Of a DNA stretch of 64,000 nt, positions 48,801-62,900 are shown in pieces. The notes beneath the pieces were generated by a model. It did no database searches and was not told the DNA's origin. It worked only from the letters and a program-made list of their open reading frames with translations. How positions within the stretch are numbered: the first letter of the stretch is position 1; each line of letters begins with the position of its first letter. The stretch spans positions 4,712,001-4,776,000 of the forward strand of contig OZ059898.1 in NCBI GenBank assembly GCA_964057225.1, given 5' to 3'. The translations under genes and the position numbers were made by a program. The DNA is from Auanema rhodensis. Taxonomy: Eukaryota; Animalia; Nematoda.

Positions 48801-51800
48801 GCTGTAGGCACGTTGTGTCCGGTGATTGTTCGATTTTCTCAAAGATCAAAATCTATAATCAAATAAAAATACTCTGAGGTTGGGTATTCAGATGTGCAGA
48901 ATCTGAATTTCTTAGTCAGATTTGGCTGTGACTTTTCAAATTTCCGGAAAAAAGGTTTATATCGACCCCATCCACAAGATTTGTTCACAAAAAAGTTCAG
49001 GCTGTAGGCACGTTGTGTCCGGTGATTGTTCGATTTTGTCAAAGATTATACACTATAATTAAATAAAAATACTCTGAGGTTGGGTATTCAGATGTGCAGA
49101 ATCTGAAGTTCTTAGTCAGATTTGGCTGTGACTTTTCAAATTTCCGGAAAAAAGGTTTATATCGACCCCATCCACAAGATTTGTTCACAAAAAAGTTCAG
49201 GCTGTAGGCACGTTGTGTCCGGTGATTGTTCGATTTTGTCAAAGATTATTAACTATAATCAAATAAAAATACTCTGAGGTTGGGTATTCAGATGTGCAGA
49301 ATCTGAATTTCTTAGTCAGATTTGGCTGTGACTTTTCAAATTTCCGGAAAAAAGGTTTATATCGACCCCATCCACAAGATTTGTTCACAAAAAAGTTCAG
49401 GCTGTAGGCACGTTGTGTCCGGTGATTGTTCGATTTTCTCAAAGATCAAAATCTATGCTCAAATAAAAATACTCTGAGGTTGGGTATTCAGATGTGCAGA
49501 ATCTGAATTTCTTAGTCAGATTTGGCTGTGACTTTTCAAATTTCCGGAAAAAAGGTTTATATCGACCCCATCCACAAGATTTGTTCACAAAAAAGTTCAG
49601 GCTGTAGGCACGTTGTGTCCGGTGATTGTTCGATTTTGTCAAAGATTATACACTATAATTAAATAAAAATACTCTGAGGTTGGGTATTCAGATGTGCAGA
49701 ATCTGAAGTTCTTAGTCAGATTTGGCTGTGACTTTTCAAATTTCCGGAAAAAAGGTTTATATCGTCCCCATCCACAAGATTTGTTCACAAAAAAGTTCAG
49801 GCTGTAGGCACGTTGTGTCCGGTGATTGTTCGATTTTGTCAAAGATTATTAACTATAAACGAATAAAAATACTCTGAGGTTGGGTATTCAGATGTGCAGA
49901 ATCTGAAGTTCTTAGTCAGATTTGGCTGTGCCTTTTCAAATTTCCGGAAAAAAGGTTTATATCGACCCCATCCACAAGATTTGTTCACAAAAAAGTTCAG
50001 GCTGTAGGCACGTTGTGTCCGGTGATTGTTCGATTTTGTCAAAGATTATTAACTATAAACGAATAAAAATACTCTGAGGTTGGGTATTCAGATGTGCAGA
50101 ATCTGAATTTCTTAGTGAGATTTGGCTGTGACTTTTCAAATTTCCGGAAAAAAGGTTTATATCGACCCCATCCACAAGATTTGTTCACAAAAAAGTTCAG
50201 GCTGTAGGCACGTTGTGTCCGGTGATTGTTCGATTTTGTCAAAGATTATTAACTATAAACGAATAAAAATACTCTGAGGTTGGGTATTCAGATGTGCAGA
50301 ATCTGAATTTCTTAGTCAGATTTGGCTGTGACTTTTCAAATTTCCGGAAAAAAGGTTTATATCGACCCCATCCACAAGATTTGTTCACAAAAAAGTTCAG
50401 GCTGTAGGCACGTTGTGTCCGGTGATTGTTCGATTTTGTCAAAGATTATACACTATAATTAAATAAAAATACTCTGAGGTTGGGTATTCAGATGTGCAGA
50501 ATCTGAAGTTCTTAGTCAGAATTGGCTGTGACTTTTCAAATTTCCGGAAAAAAGGTTTATATCGACCCCATCCACAAGATTTGTTCACAAAAAAGTTCAG
50601 GCTGTAGGCACGTTGTGTCCGGTGATTGTTCGATTTTGTCAAAGATTATTAACTATAAACGAATAAAAATACTCTGAGGTTGGGTATTCAGATGTGCAGA
50701 ATCTGAATTTCTTAGTCAGATTTGGCTGTGACTTTTCAAATTTCCGGAAAAAAGGTTTATATCGACCCCATCCACAAGATTTGTTCACAAAAAAGTTCAG
50801 GCTGTAGGCACGTTGTGTCCGGTGATTGTTCGATTTTGTCAAAGATTATACACTATAATTAAATAAAAATACTCTGAGGTTGGGTATTCAGATGTGCAGA
50901 ATCTGAATTTCTTAGTCAGATTTGGCTGTGACTTTTCAAATTTCCGGAAAAAAGGTTTATATCGACCCCATCCACAAGATTTGTTCACAAAAAAGTTCAG
51001 GCTGTAGGCACGTTGTGTCCGGTGATTGTTCGATTTTGTCAAAGATTATTAACTATAAACGAATAAAAATACTCTGAGGTTGGGTATTCAGATGTGTAGA
51101 TTCTAAATTTCTTAGTCAGATTTGGCTGTGACTTTTCAAATTTCCGGAAAAAAGGTTTATATCGACCCCATCCACAAGATTTGTTCACAAAAAAGTTCAG
51201 GCTGTAGGCACGTTGTGTCCGGTGATTGTTCGATTTTGTCAAAGATTATACACTATAATTAAATAAAAATACTCTGAGGTTGGGTATTCAGATGTGCAGA
51301 ATCTGAAGTTCTTAGTCAGAATTGGCTGTGACTTTTCAAATTTCCGGAAAAAAGGTTTATATCGACCCCATCCACAAGATTTGTTCACAAAAAAGTTCAG
51401 GCTGTAGGCACGTTGTGTCCGGTGATTGTTCGATTTTGTCAAAGATTATACACTATAATTAAATAAAAATACTCTGAGGTTGGGTATTCAGATGTGCAGA
51501 ATCTGAAGTTCTTAGTCAGATTTGGCTGTAACTTTTCAAATTTCCGGAAAAAAGGTTTATATCGACCCCATCCACAAGATTTGTTCACAAAAAAGTTCAG
51601 GCTGTAGGCACGTTGTGTCCGGTGATTGTTCGATTTTGTCAAAGATTATTAACTATAAACGAATAAAAATACTCTGAGGTTGGGTATTCAGATGTGCAGA
51701 ATCTGAAGTTCTTAGTCAGATTTGGCTGTGACTTTTCAAATTTCCGGAAAAAAGGTTTATATCGACCCCATCCACAAAATTTGTTCACAAAAAAGTTCAG

Positions 51801-54800
51801 CCTGTAGGCACGTTGTGTCCGGTGATTGTTCGATTTTGTCAAAGATTATTAACTATAAACGAATAAAAATACTCTGAGGTTGGGTATTCAGATGTGCAGA
51901 ATCTGAATTTCTTAGTCAGATTTGGCTGTGACTTTTCAAATTTCCGGAAAAAAGGTTTATATCGACCCCATCCACAAGATTTGTTCACAAAAAAGTTCAG
52001 GCTGTAGGCACGTTGTGTCCGGTGATTGTTCGATTTTGTTAAAGATTATTAACTATAATTAAATAAAAATATTCTGAGGTTGGGTATTCAGATGTGTAGA
52101 TTCTGAATTTCTTAGTCAGATTTGGCTGTGACTTTTCAAATTTCCGGAAAAAAGGTTTATATCGACCCCATCCACAAGATTTGTTCACAAAAAAGTTCAG
52201 GCTGTAGGCACGTTGTGTCCGGTGATTGTTCGATTTTGTCAAAGATTATACACTATAATTAAATAAAAATACTCTGAGGTTGGGTATTCAGATGTGCAGA
52301 ATCTGAAGTTCTTAGTCAGATTTGGCTGTGACTTTTCAAATTTCCGGAAAAAAGGTTTATATCGACCCCATCCACAAGATTTGTTCACAAAAAAGTTCAG
52401 GCTGTAGGCACGTTGTGTCCGGTGATTGTTCGATTTTGTCAAAGATTATTAACTATAATCAAATAAAAATACTCTGAGGTTGGGTATTCAGATGTGCAGA
52501 ATCTGAATTTCTTAGTCAGATTTGGCTGTGACTTTTCAAATTTCCGGAAAAAAGGTTTATATCGACCCCATCCACAAGATTTGTTCACAAAAAAGTTCAG
52601 GCTGTAGGCACGTTGTGTCCGGTGATTGTTCGATTTTGTCAAAGATTATACACTATAATTAAATAAAAATACTCTGAGGTTGGGTATTCAGATGTGCAGA
52701 ATCTGAAGTTCTTAGTCAGATTTGGCTGTGACTTTTCAAATTTCCGGAAAAAAGGTTTATATCGACCCCATCCACAAGATTTGTTCACAAAAAAGTTCAG
52801 GCTGTAGGCACGTTGTGTCCGGTGATTGTTCGATTTTGTCAAAGATTATTAACTATAAACGAATAAAAATACTCTGAGGTTGGGTATTCAGATGTGCAGA
52901 ATCTAAAGTTCTCAGTCAGATTTGGCTGTGACTTTTCAAATTTCCGGAAAAAAGGTTTATATCGACCCCATCCACAAGATTTGTTCACAAAAAAGTTCAG
53001 GCTGTAGGCACGTTGTGTCCGGTGATTGTTCGATTTTGTCAAAGATTATTAACTATAATCAAATAAAAATACTCTGAGGTTGGGTATTCAGATGTGCAGA
53101 ATCTGAATTTCTTAGTCAGATTTGGCTGTGACTTTTCAAATTTCCGGAAAAAAGGTTTATATCGACCCCATCCACAAGATTTGTTCACAAAAAAGTTCAG
53201 GCTGTAGGCACGTTGTGTCCGGTGATTGTTCGATTTTGTCAAAGATTATACACTATAATTAAATAAAAATACTCTGAGGTTGGGTATTCAGATGTGCAGA
53301 ATCTGAAGTTCTTAGTCAGATTTGGCTGTGACTTTTCAAATTTCCGGAAAAAAGGTTTATATCGACCCCATCCACAAGATTTGTTCACAAAAAAGTTCAG
53401 GCTGTAGGCACGTTGTGTCCGGTGATTGTTCGATTTTGTCAAAGATTATTAACTATAATTAAATAAAAATATTCTGAGGTTGGGTATTCAGATGTGTAGA
53501 TTCTGAATTTCTTAGTCAGATTTGGCTGTGACTTTTCAAATTTCCGGAAAAAAGGTTTATATCGACCCCATCCACAAGATTTGTTCACAAAAAAGTTCAG
53601 GCTGTAGGCACGTTGTGTCCGGTGATTGTTCGATTTTGTCAAAGATTATTAACTATAAACGAATAAAAATACTCTGAGGTTGGGTATTCAGATGTGCAGA
53701 ATCTAAAGTTCTTAGTCAGATTTGGCTGTGACTTTTCAAATTTCCGGAAAAAAGGTTTATATCGACCCCATCCACAAGATTTGTTCACAAAAAAGTTCAG
53801 CCTGTAGGCACGTTGTGTCCGGTGATTGTTCGATTTTGTCAAAGATTATTAACTATAAACGAATAAAAATACTCTGAGGTTGGGTATTCAGATGTGCAGA
53901 ATCTGAATTTCTTAGTCAGATTTGGCTGTGAGTTTTCAAATTTCCGGAAAAAAGGTTTATATCGACCCCATCCACAAGATTTGTTCACAAAAAAGTTCAG
54001 CCTGTAGGCACGTTGTGTCCGGTGATTGTTCGATTTTGTCAAAGATTATTAACTATAAACGAATAAAAATACTCTGAGGTTGGGTATTCAGATGTGCAGA
54101 ATCTGAATTTCTTAGTCAGATTTGGCTGTGAGTTTTCAAATTTCCGGAAAAAAGGTTTATATCGACCCCATCCACAAGATTTGTTCACAAAAAAGTTCAG
54201 CCTGTAGGCACGTTGTGTCCGGTGATTGTTCGATTTTGTCAAAGATTATTAACTATAAACGAATAAAAATACTCTGAGGTTGGGTATTCAGATGTGCAGA
54301 ATCTGAAGTTCTTAGTCAGATTTGGCTGTGACTTTTCAAATTTCCGGAAAAAAGGTTTATATCGACCCCATCCACAAGATTTGTTCACAAAAAAGTTCAG
54401 GCTGTAGGCACGTTGTGTCCGGTGATTGTTCGATTTTCTCAAAGATCAAAATCTATAATCAAATAAAAATACTCTGAGGTTGGGTATTCAGATGTGCAGA
54501 ATCTGAAGTTCTTAGTCAGATTTGGCTGTGACTTTTCAAATTTCCGGAAAAAAGGTTTATATCGACCCCATCCACAAGATTTGTTCACAAAAAAGTTCAG
54601 CCTGTAGGCACGTTGTGTCCGGTGATTGTTCGATTTTGTCAAAGATTATACACTATAATTAAATAAAAATACTCTGAGGTTGGGTATTCAGATGTGCAGA
54701 ATCTGAATTTCTTAGTCAGATTTGGCTGTGACTTTTCAAATTTCCGCAAAAAAGGTTTATATCCACCCCATCCACAAGATTTGTTCACAAAAAAGTTCAG

Positions 54801-57800
54801 CCTGTAGGCACGTTGTGTCCGGTGATTGTTCGATTTTCTCAAAGATCAAAATCTATAATCAAATAAAAATACTCTGAGGTTGGGTATTCAGATGTGCAGA
54901 ATCTGAATTTCTTAGTCAGATTTGGCTGTGACTTTTCAAATTTCCGGAAAAAAGGTTTATATCGACCCCATCCACAAGATTTGTTCACAAAAAAGTTCAG
55001 CCTGTAGGCACGTTGTGTCCGGTGATTGTTCGATTTTGTCAAAGATTATTAACTATAATCAAATAAAAATACTCTGAGGTTGGGTATTCAGATGTGCAGA
55101 ATCTGAATTTCTTAGTCAGATTTGGCTGTGACTTTTCAAATTTCCGGAAAAAAGGTTTATATCGACCCCATCCACAAGATTTGTTCACAAAAAAGTTCAG
55201 ACTGTAGGCACGTTGTGTCCGGTGATTGTTCGATTTTGTCAAAGATTATTAACTATAATCAAATAAAAATACTCTGAGGTTGGGTATTCAGATGTGCAGA
55301 ATCTGAATTTCTTAGTCAGATTTGGCTGTGACTTTTCAAATTTCCGGAAAAAAGGTTTATATCAACACCATCCACAAGATTTGTTCACAAAAAAGTTCAG
55401 GCTGTAGGCACCTTGTGTCCGGTGATTGTTCGATTTTCTCAAAGATCAAAATCTATAATCAAATAAAAATACTCTGAGGTTGGGTATTCAGATGTGCAGA
55501 ATCTGAATTTCTTAGTCAGATTTGGCTGTGACTTTTCAAATTTCCGGAAAAAAGGTTTATATCGACCCCATCCACAAGATTTGTTCACAAAAAAGTTCAG
55601 GCTGTAGGCACGTTGTGTCCGGTGATTGTTCGATTTTGTCAAAGATTATTAACTATAATCAAATAAAAATACACTGAGGTTGGGTATTCAGATGTGCAGA
55701 ATCTGAATTTCTTAGTCAGATTTGGCTGTGACTTTTCAAATTTCCGGAAAAAAGGTTTATATCGACCCCATCCACAAGATTTGTTCACAAAAAAGTTCAG
55801 GCTGTAGGCACGTTGTGTCCGGTGATTGTTCGATTTTGTCAAAGATTATTAACTATAATCAAATAAAAATATTCTGAGGTTGGGTATTCAGATGTGCAGA
55901 ATCTGAATTTCTTAGTCAGATTTGGCTGTGCTTTTTCAAATTTCCGGAAAAAAGGTTTATATAGACCCCATCCACAAGATTTGTTCACAAAAAAGTTCAG
56001 GCTGTAGGCACGTTGTGTCCGGTGATTGTTCGATTTTGTCAAAGATTATTAACTATAATCAAATAAAAATACTCTGAGGTTGGGTATTCAGATGTGCAGA
56101 ATCTGAATTTCTTAGTCAGATTTGGCTGTGCTTTTTCAAATTTCCGGAAAAAAGGTTTATATAGACCCCATCCACAAGATTTGTTCACAAAAAAGTTCAG
56201 GCTGTAGGCACGTTGTGTCCGGTGATTGTTCGATTTTGTCAAAGATTATTAACTATAATCAAATAAAAATACTTTGAGGTTGGGTATTCAGATGTGCAGA
56301 ATCTGAATTTCTTAGTCAGATTTGGCTGTGACTTTTCAAATTTCCGGAAAAAAGGTTTATATCGACCCCATCCACAAGATTTGTTCACAAAAAAGTTCAG
56401 GCTGTAGGCACGTTGTGTCCGGTGATTGTTCGATTTTGTCAAAGATTATTAACTATAATCAAATAAAAATACTCTGAGGTTGGGTATTCAGATGTGCAGA
56501 ATCTGAATTTCTTAGTCAGATTTGGCTGTAACTTTTCAAATTTCCGGAAAAAAGGTTTATATCGACCCCATCCACAAGATTTGTTCACAAAAAAGTTCAG
56601 GCTGTAGGCACGTTGTGTCCGGTGATTGTTCGATTTTGTCAAAGATTATTAACTATAATCAAATAAAAATACTCTGAGGTTGGGTATTCAGATGTGCAGA
56701 ATCTGAATTTCTTAGTCAGATTTGGCTGTAACTTTTCAAATTTCCGGAAAAAAGGTTTATATCAACGCCATCCACAAGATTTGTTCACAAAAAAGTTCAG
56801 GCTGTAGGCACGTTGTGTCCGGTGATTGTTCGATTTTGTCAAAGATTATTAACTATAAACGAATAAAAATACTCTGAGGTTGGGTATTCAGATGTGCAGA
56901 ATCTGAATTTCTTAGTCAGATTTGGCTGTGACTTTTCAAATTTCCGGAAAAAAGGTTTATATCGACCCCATCCACAAGATTTGTTCACAAAAAAGTTCAG
57001 GCTGTAGGCACGTTGTGTCCGGTGATTGTTCGATTTTGTCAAAGATTATTAACTATAATCAAATAAAAATACTCTGAGGTTGGGTATTCAGATGTGCAGA
57101 ATGTGAATTTCTTAGCCAGATTTGGCTGTGACTTTTCAAATTTCCGGAAAAAAGGTTTATATCGACCCCATCCACAAGATTTGTTCACAAAAAAGTTCAG
57201 GCTGTAGGCACGTTGTGTCCGGTGATTGTTCGATTTTGTCAAAGATTATTAACTATAAACGAATAAAAATACTCTGAGGTTGGGTATTCAGATGTGCAGA
57301 ATCTGAATTTCTTAGTCAGATTTGCCTGTGACTTTTCAAATTTCCGGAAAAAAGGTTTATATCGACCCCATCCACAAGATTTGTTCACAAAAAAGTTCAG
57401 GCTGTAGGCACGTTGTGTCCGGTGATTGTTCGATTTTGTCAAAGATTATTAACTATAAACGAATAAAAATACTCTGAGGTTGGGTATTCAGATGTGCAGA
57501 ATCTGAATTTCTTAGTCAGATTTGGCTGTGACTTTTCAAATTTCCGGAAAAAAGGTTTATATCGACCCCATCCACAAGATTTGTTCACAAAAAAGTTCAG
57601 GCTGTAGGCACGTTGTGTCCGGTGATTGTTCGATGTTGTCAAAGATTATACACTATAATCAAATAAAAATACTCTGAGGTTGGGTATTCAGATGTGCAGA
57701 ATCTGAAGTTCTTGGTGAGATTTGGCTGTGACTTTTCAATTTTCCGGAAAAAAGGTTTATATCGACCCCATCCACAAGATTTGTTCACAAAAAAGTTCAG

Positions 57801-59467
57801 GCTGTAGGCACGTTGTGTCCGGTGATTGTTCGATTTTCTCAAAGATCAAAATCTATAATCAAATAAAAATACTCTGAGGTTGGGTATTCAGATGTGCAGA
57901 ATCTGAATTTCTTAGTCAGATTTGGCTGTGACTTTTCAAATTTCCGGAAAAAAGGTTTATATCGACCCCATCCACAAGATTTGTTCACAAAAAAGTTCAG
58001 GCTGTAGGCACGTTGTGTCCGGTGATTGTTCGATTTTGTCAAAGATTATTAACTATAATCAAATAAAAATACTCTGAGGTTGGGTATTCAGATGTGCAGA
58101 ATCTGAAGTTCTTGGTGAGATTTGGCTGTGACTTTTCAATTTTCCGGAAAAAAGGTTTATATCGACCCCATCCACAAGATTTGTTCACAAAAAAGTTCAG
58201 GCTGTAGGCACGTTGTGTCCGGTGATTGTTCGATTTTCTCAAAGATCAAAATCTATAATCAAATAAAAATACTCTGAGGTTGGGTATTCAGATGTGCAGA
58301 ATCTGAATTTCTTAGTCAGATTTGGCTGTGACTTTTCAAATTTCCGGAAAAAAGGTTTATATAGACCCCATCCACAAGATTTGTTCACAAAAAAGTTCAG
58401 GCTGTAGGCACGTTGTGTCCGGTGATTGTTCGATTTTCTCAAAGATCAAAATCTATAATCAAATAAAAATACTCTGAGGTTGGGTATTCAGATGTGCAGA
58501 ATCTGAAGTTCTTGGTGAGATTTGGCTGTGACTTTTCAATTTTCCGGAAAAAAGGTTTATATCGACCCCATCCACAAGATTTGTTCACAAAAAAGTTCAG
58601 GCTGTAGGCACGTTGTGTCCGGTGATTGTTCGATTTTCTCAAAGATCAAAATCTATAATCAAATAAAAATACTCTGAGGTTGGGTATTCAGATGTGCAGA
58701 ATCTGAATTTCTTAGTCAGATTTGGCTGTGACTTTTCAAATTTCCGGAAAAAAGGTTTATATAGACCCCATCCACAAGATTTGTTCACAAAAAAGTTCAG
58801 GCTGTAGGCACGTTGTGTCCGGTGATTGTTCGATTTTCTCAAAGATCAAAATCTATAATCAAATAAAAATACTCTGAGGTTGGGTATTCAGATGTGCAGA
58901 ATCTGAATTTCTTAGTCAGATTTGGCTGTGACTTTTCAAATTTCCGGAAAAAAGGTTTATATCGACCCCATCCACAAGATTTGTTCACAAAAAAGTTCAG
59001 ACTGTAGGCACGTTGTGTCCGGTGATTGTTCGATTTTGTCAAAAATTATTAACTATAATCAAATAAAAATACTCTGAGGTTGGGTATTCAGATGTGCAGA
59101 ATCTGAATTTCTTAGTCAGATTTGGCTGTGACTTTTCAAATTTCCGGAAAAAAGGTTTATATCGACCCCATCCACAAGATTTGTTCACAAAAAAGTTCAG
59201 GCTGTAGGCACGTTGTGTCCGGTGATTGTTCGATTTTGTCAAAGATCATACACTATAATTAAATAAAAATACTCTGAGGTTGGGTATTCAGATGTGCAGA
59301 ATCTGAATTTCTTAGTCAGATTTGGCTGTGACTTTTCAAATTTCCGGAAAAAAGGTTTATATCGACCCCATCCACAAGATTTGTTCACAAAAAAGTTCAG
59401 GCTGTAGGCACGTTGTGTCCGGTGATTGTTCGATTTTGTCAAAGATTATTAACTATAATCAAATAAA
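45885..59467. repeat. 200-bp satellite array, segment 5 (~68 monomers)
   Basis: Unbroken 200-bp phase. The aactataaacgaat variant is common and there are more private SNPs. Confidence 0.98.
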
Positions 59468-59916
59468 TGTGCTTGAGCACTCTATATTCCTAAAAAACCT
59501 TAAAAACTCTATCTTTTTCTAATACTTCATAATTCTTTATAAATCTCTTTTAACTGATCAATATTCGTGTAAGTTGAACCTAAGGCTCTTTTTACTCATG
59601 ACTCATAGGCTACTCATCCCCCACGCATATCTCCGCAGAATAAGCATGAGATAACGTTTGCTTCTCCTCCCCCTTTTTGTATCTCTGAATTCTCTAAGTT
59701 AACATTATATCTTGCCTCTCGCGTTAGTATATAAGCCGAGAGGATTCCTCAAATTCTTATGTGTCAATAGTGTAAAAGAATTTATTCTTGTTACCGTTGC
59801 ATAATAAATATTCTCTCCATATTCTCTTCGATCAAGAGCACTACAAAAATCTACCACTGAACCAACTATGCCACTGCTCCGCTCACCCATTTCTAAGGAC
59901 ACGACGGCGCAAAACA
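59468..59916 (+). repeat. 5' LTR (449 bp, TGT...ACA)
   Basis: Begins TGT exactly where the satellite stops and ends ACA immediately before the TGG of the PBS. TATATAA at 59728-59734 and AATAAA at 59803-59808. The 3' LTR is not in the window. Confidence 0.85.
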
Positions 59917-62900
59917 TGGTGCATCAGGCCGAGCCTAGTGAAGCAGCCCGCGCCGAAGCGTGGATTGGAAAATGCTACCAACTATTGGAAAAGATTCGCG
60001 AATCGGACAACAAAAGGAAATCGTTCGTCAACCGAACGGTTAACTATCATTCTAACCGTGCCTCCAATATGATTGAAATTCGTCTCACGGAAATAAGATC
60101 TATCCAAGAGGACACCGAAGCAATCCAAAACTTGATCGAGGAAATGAGAAACATAACGGACAACCTAACGGCAGAGGATCAAGAACGCCTAACCGCCAAC
60201 GAGTGTACTCTCAGAAGACACATCAAATCTCTCACGGACTACAAAATCCATATCGAAGGACAAATCGAGTTTCTTCGCAACTCGAGACAAGATCAGGACC
60301 TGAGAGGAACAATTCCTCGTCTACAAACTCCACAACTTGAAGAGTCAATTGGAGGATTTCCCTCGAACCAGGACACCAACATCAATCAAGGACATCCTAT
60401 GATAGTCCAAGATAATTACCGCTATCGCCAGACAGTGAAACCAGTTGACATTCCAAAGTTTGATGGTAACATCAAGAACTGGACCAATTTCTGGACACTT
60501 TTCAACCGGCTTATCCATACCGCCAACATACAGGACATTGAGAAGTTCAATTACCTTCGCCAATCACTCACGGGTGAAGCAGCCTCATTGATTTCCTCAT
60601 TTTCAACTGATGAAGAGTCGTACCACCCAGCGGTAAGCTACCTGAGAAGTGTCTACGATCACGAAGATAAAATTCTCCGATATCTCATGCTCGATTTCAT
60701 ACAACTGAAAGCGCAATCTCCGAGCAACAAGGACTTATTGCTCCTTATGAGAAAAATTAATGGGATAGCAAGACAAACTGAAAGGAACAATGAAGCTGCC
60801 CTCAATGCACTTGCCATCGTCCTTATTCAACAAAAACTGCCTGGACACATCCTGCAAGAAGTCTACCGCTCAGGATCCAACTCGAACATGAACTGGAGAC
60901 AACTAGTGGACAATACCGAAAAATACCTCCAACATGAACAAGAGGTTAAAAACATTTCATCGGACCTGCAGACGAAACCGGTTCCAAGAACCATGCATCA
61001 ATCCTACAACAGACAAAACTTTGTCACCAATAACCGTCCAAAACCGGATAACAAAAAACCTTCCGGTAAGCAAACCTCGAACAGCTGCATATTTTGTCAA
61101 AAACCACACGCCCCATGGACCTGTGACACTCCAAAGACAAGGAAAGAGAGACTGACCATACTGAATCAGGACAAAAGATGCATAAACTGTCTCAGAAAAT
61201 CTCACGCAACAGAAGCATGCCCAAGCAAGCGCTTATGTTCGAACTGTGGAGGAAAACATATTGACCTTCTCTGCTTCAAAAAGAAAACGACAAAAGTCAA
61301 CTTAACGAACAGCTTCCCCATGGAAGACGAGGACGAAGAGGAACACGTTATACAGTTTTCAACTCAAACGAAAACTAACCAATACCACAGCGCATTGTTA
61401 CCCATTGGACACATAGAGCTCCTTCATAAGGACAGGACCATATCAATCCCAGCCCTACTAGACTGTGGATCAGACACTTCATTTATCGACGAGGACCTAT
61501 CTAAGGAACTGGAACTCCCAATAGTGGAATCCAAAAGAGTCAAAATCAAAACATTTGGTAACACAGCATCAATCGAAAGACTCAACAAAGTGGAAACAAT
61601 GTTCAAAGGACACAATTCCCACATCCTCGCACAACTTTGGACTAAGAAAGTCCTAACAGGACCTATTTCTACCGTCCGATTCTCTAAACCGACCAACACG
61701 TGCTACAAGCTGAACAAAAATATGAAGATAACTCCAAGAATCCTCATAGGATCTGACCTCATGTGGCAAGCATTAATCTCAGTCGAACCATTATCCAAGG
61801 AACACATGGTAGTACACACCCAGTTCGGAGACTTTATTACCGGCCAAGCCACAAACCAGAAGTCGTTGAATGCTCACTCAGTAATATCGGAAGACTTATC
61901 CATTTCAATTCCAATATGGAACAAAAGCTTTGTAGAAGAACAAAGCGAATTCACCGGAACAGAAGCTGAGGAAAAAACCGCCAGAGACAAACTAATTCTG
62001 GATCAATTCAAGGAAACAATCCAACAAAAAGAAGATGGTTACTACGTATCATTCCCATGGAAAGACAACGCCCATCTACTCCCCGACAACAAAGTTTTAG
62101 CACTCAAAAGACTCACCAGTCTTGTACTAAAACTATCCCAACAACCAACATTACTCGAAGGATACAACAAAATAATTGAAGAACAGTTGGACCTAGGAAT
62201 AATCGAAGAAGCTAAAGACCCTTATTCCAACGCATACAGGATCCATTACATAGCTCACCAAGCAGTAGTAACTCCTCAGAAAGAGACTACTAAAATCAGG
62301 ATTGTCTACGATGCTTCTGGACATTATCAAAACAAGCCTAGCTTGAACGACGTCATACACCAAGGACCACTAATCTTACCATCACTAATTGGAATGATTC
62401 TAAGATTCAGATGTGGAAACACAGCTATGATAGCGGACGTACAAAAAGCCTTCTTACAAATTCGACTCCATGAGTCAGAAAGAGATGCTACTCGTTTCTT
62501 TTGGCTCAGAGATATTCATCAACCACTAAGCACGGACAACACCAGAACTCTACGATTCTGCCGAGTACCATTTGGCATCAATGCATCACCATTCCTTCTC
62601 GGAGCCACCATACGACACCACCTACAGAAGAAAAGCTCAGAAAGTCTTCTAGCACATAAAATCAAAGACAATCTTTATGTGGACAACTTACTCCTTGCCT
62701 CTGACTCAGCAGACCAAGTCAGAATGTGGTATTCCGAAACAAAGGATATATTCCAGGAAATGAATATGAAACTCCAAGAGTTCATATCCAACGATCAGAT
62801 ATTCAATTCAAATCTGACTCCTGAAGAACGGAATGCCTCCACAACACCTAAAATATTAGGACTTCCCTGGGACACATTATCAGACCAATGGATAATTCAA

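Noticed and set aside
1-59442. About 200 tandem 67-aa minus-strand ORFs as a peptide gene array
   Set aside because: They start at TTG, have no recognisable domain, overlap each other with no intergenic space, and are broken by a stop in whole sub-domains (atatcaacac variant). They are a by-product of the repeat.
1-59467. CRISPR array
   Set aside because: There are no unique spacers and no cas genes, and the context is eukaryotic retroelements.
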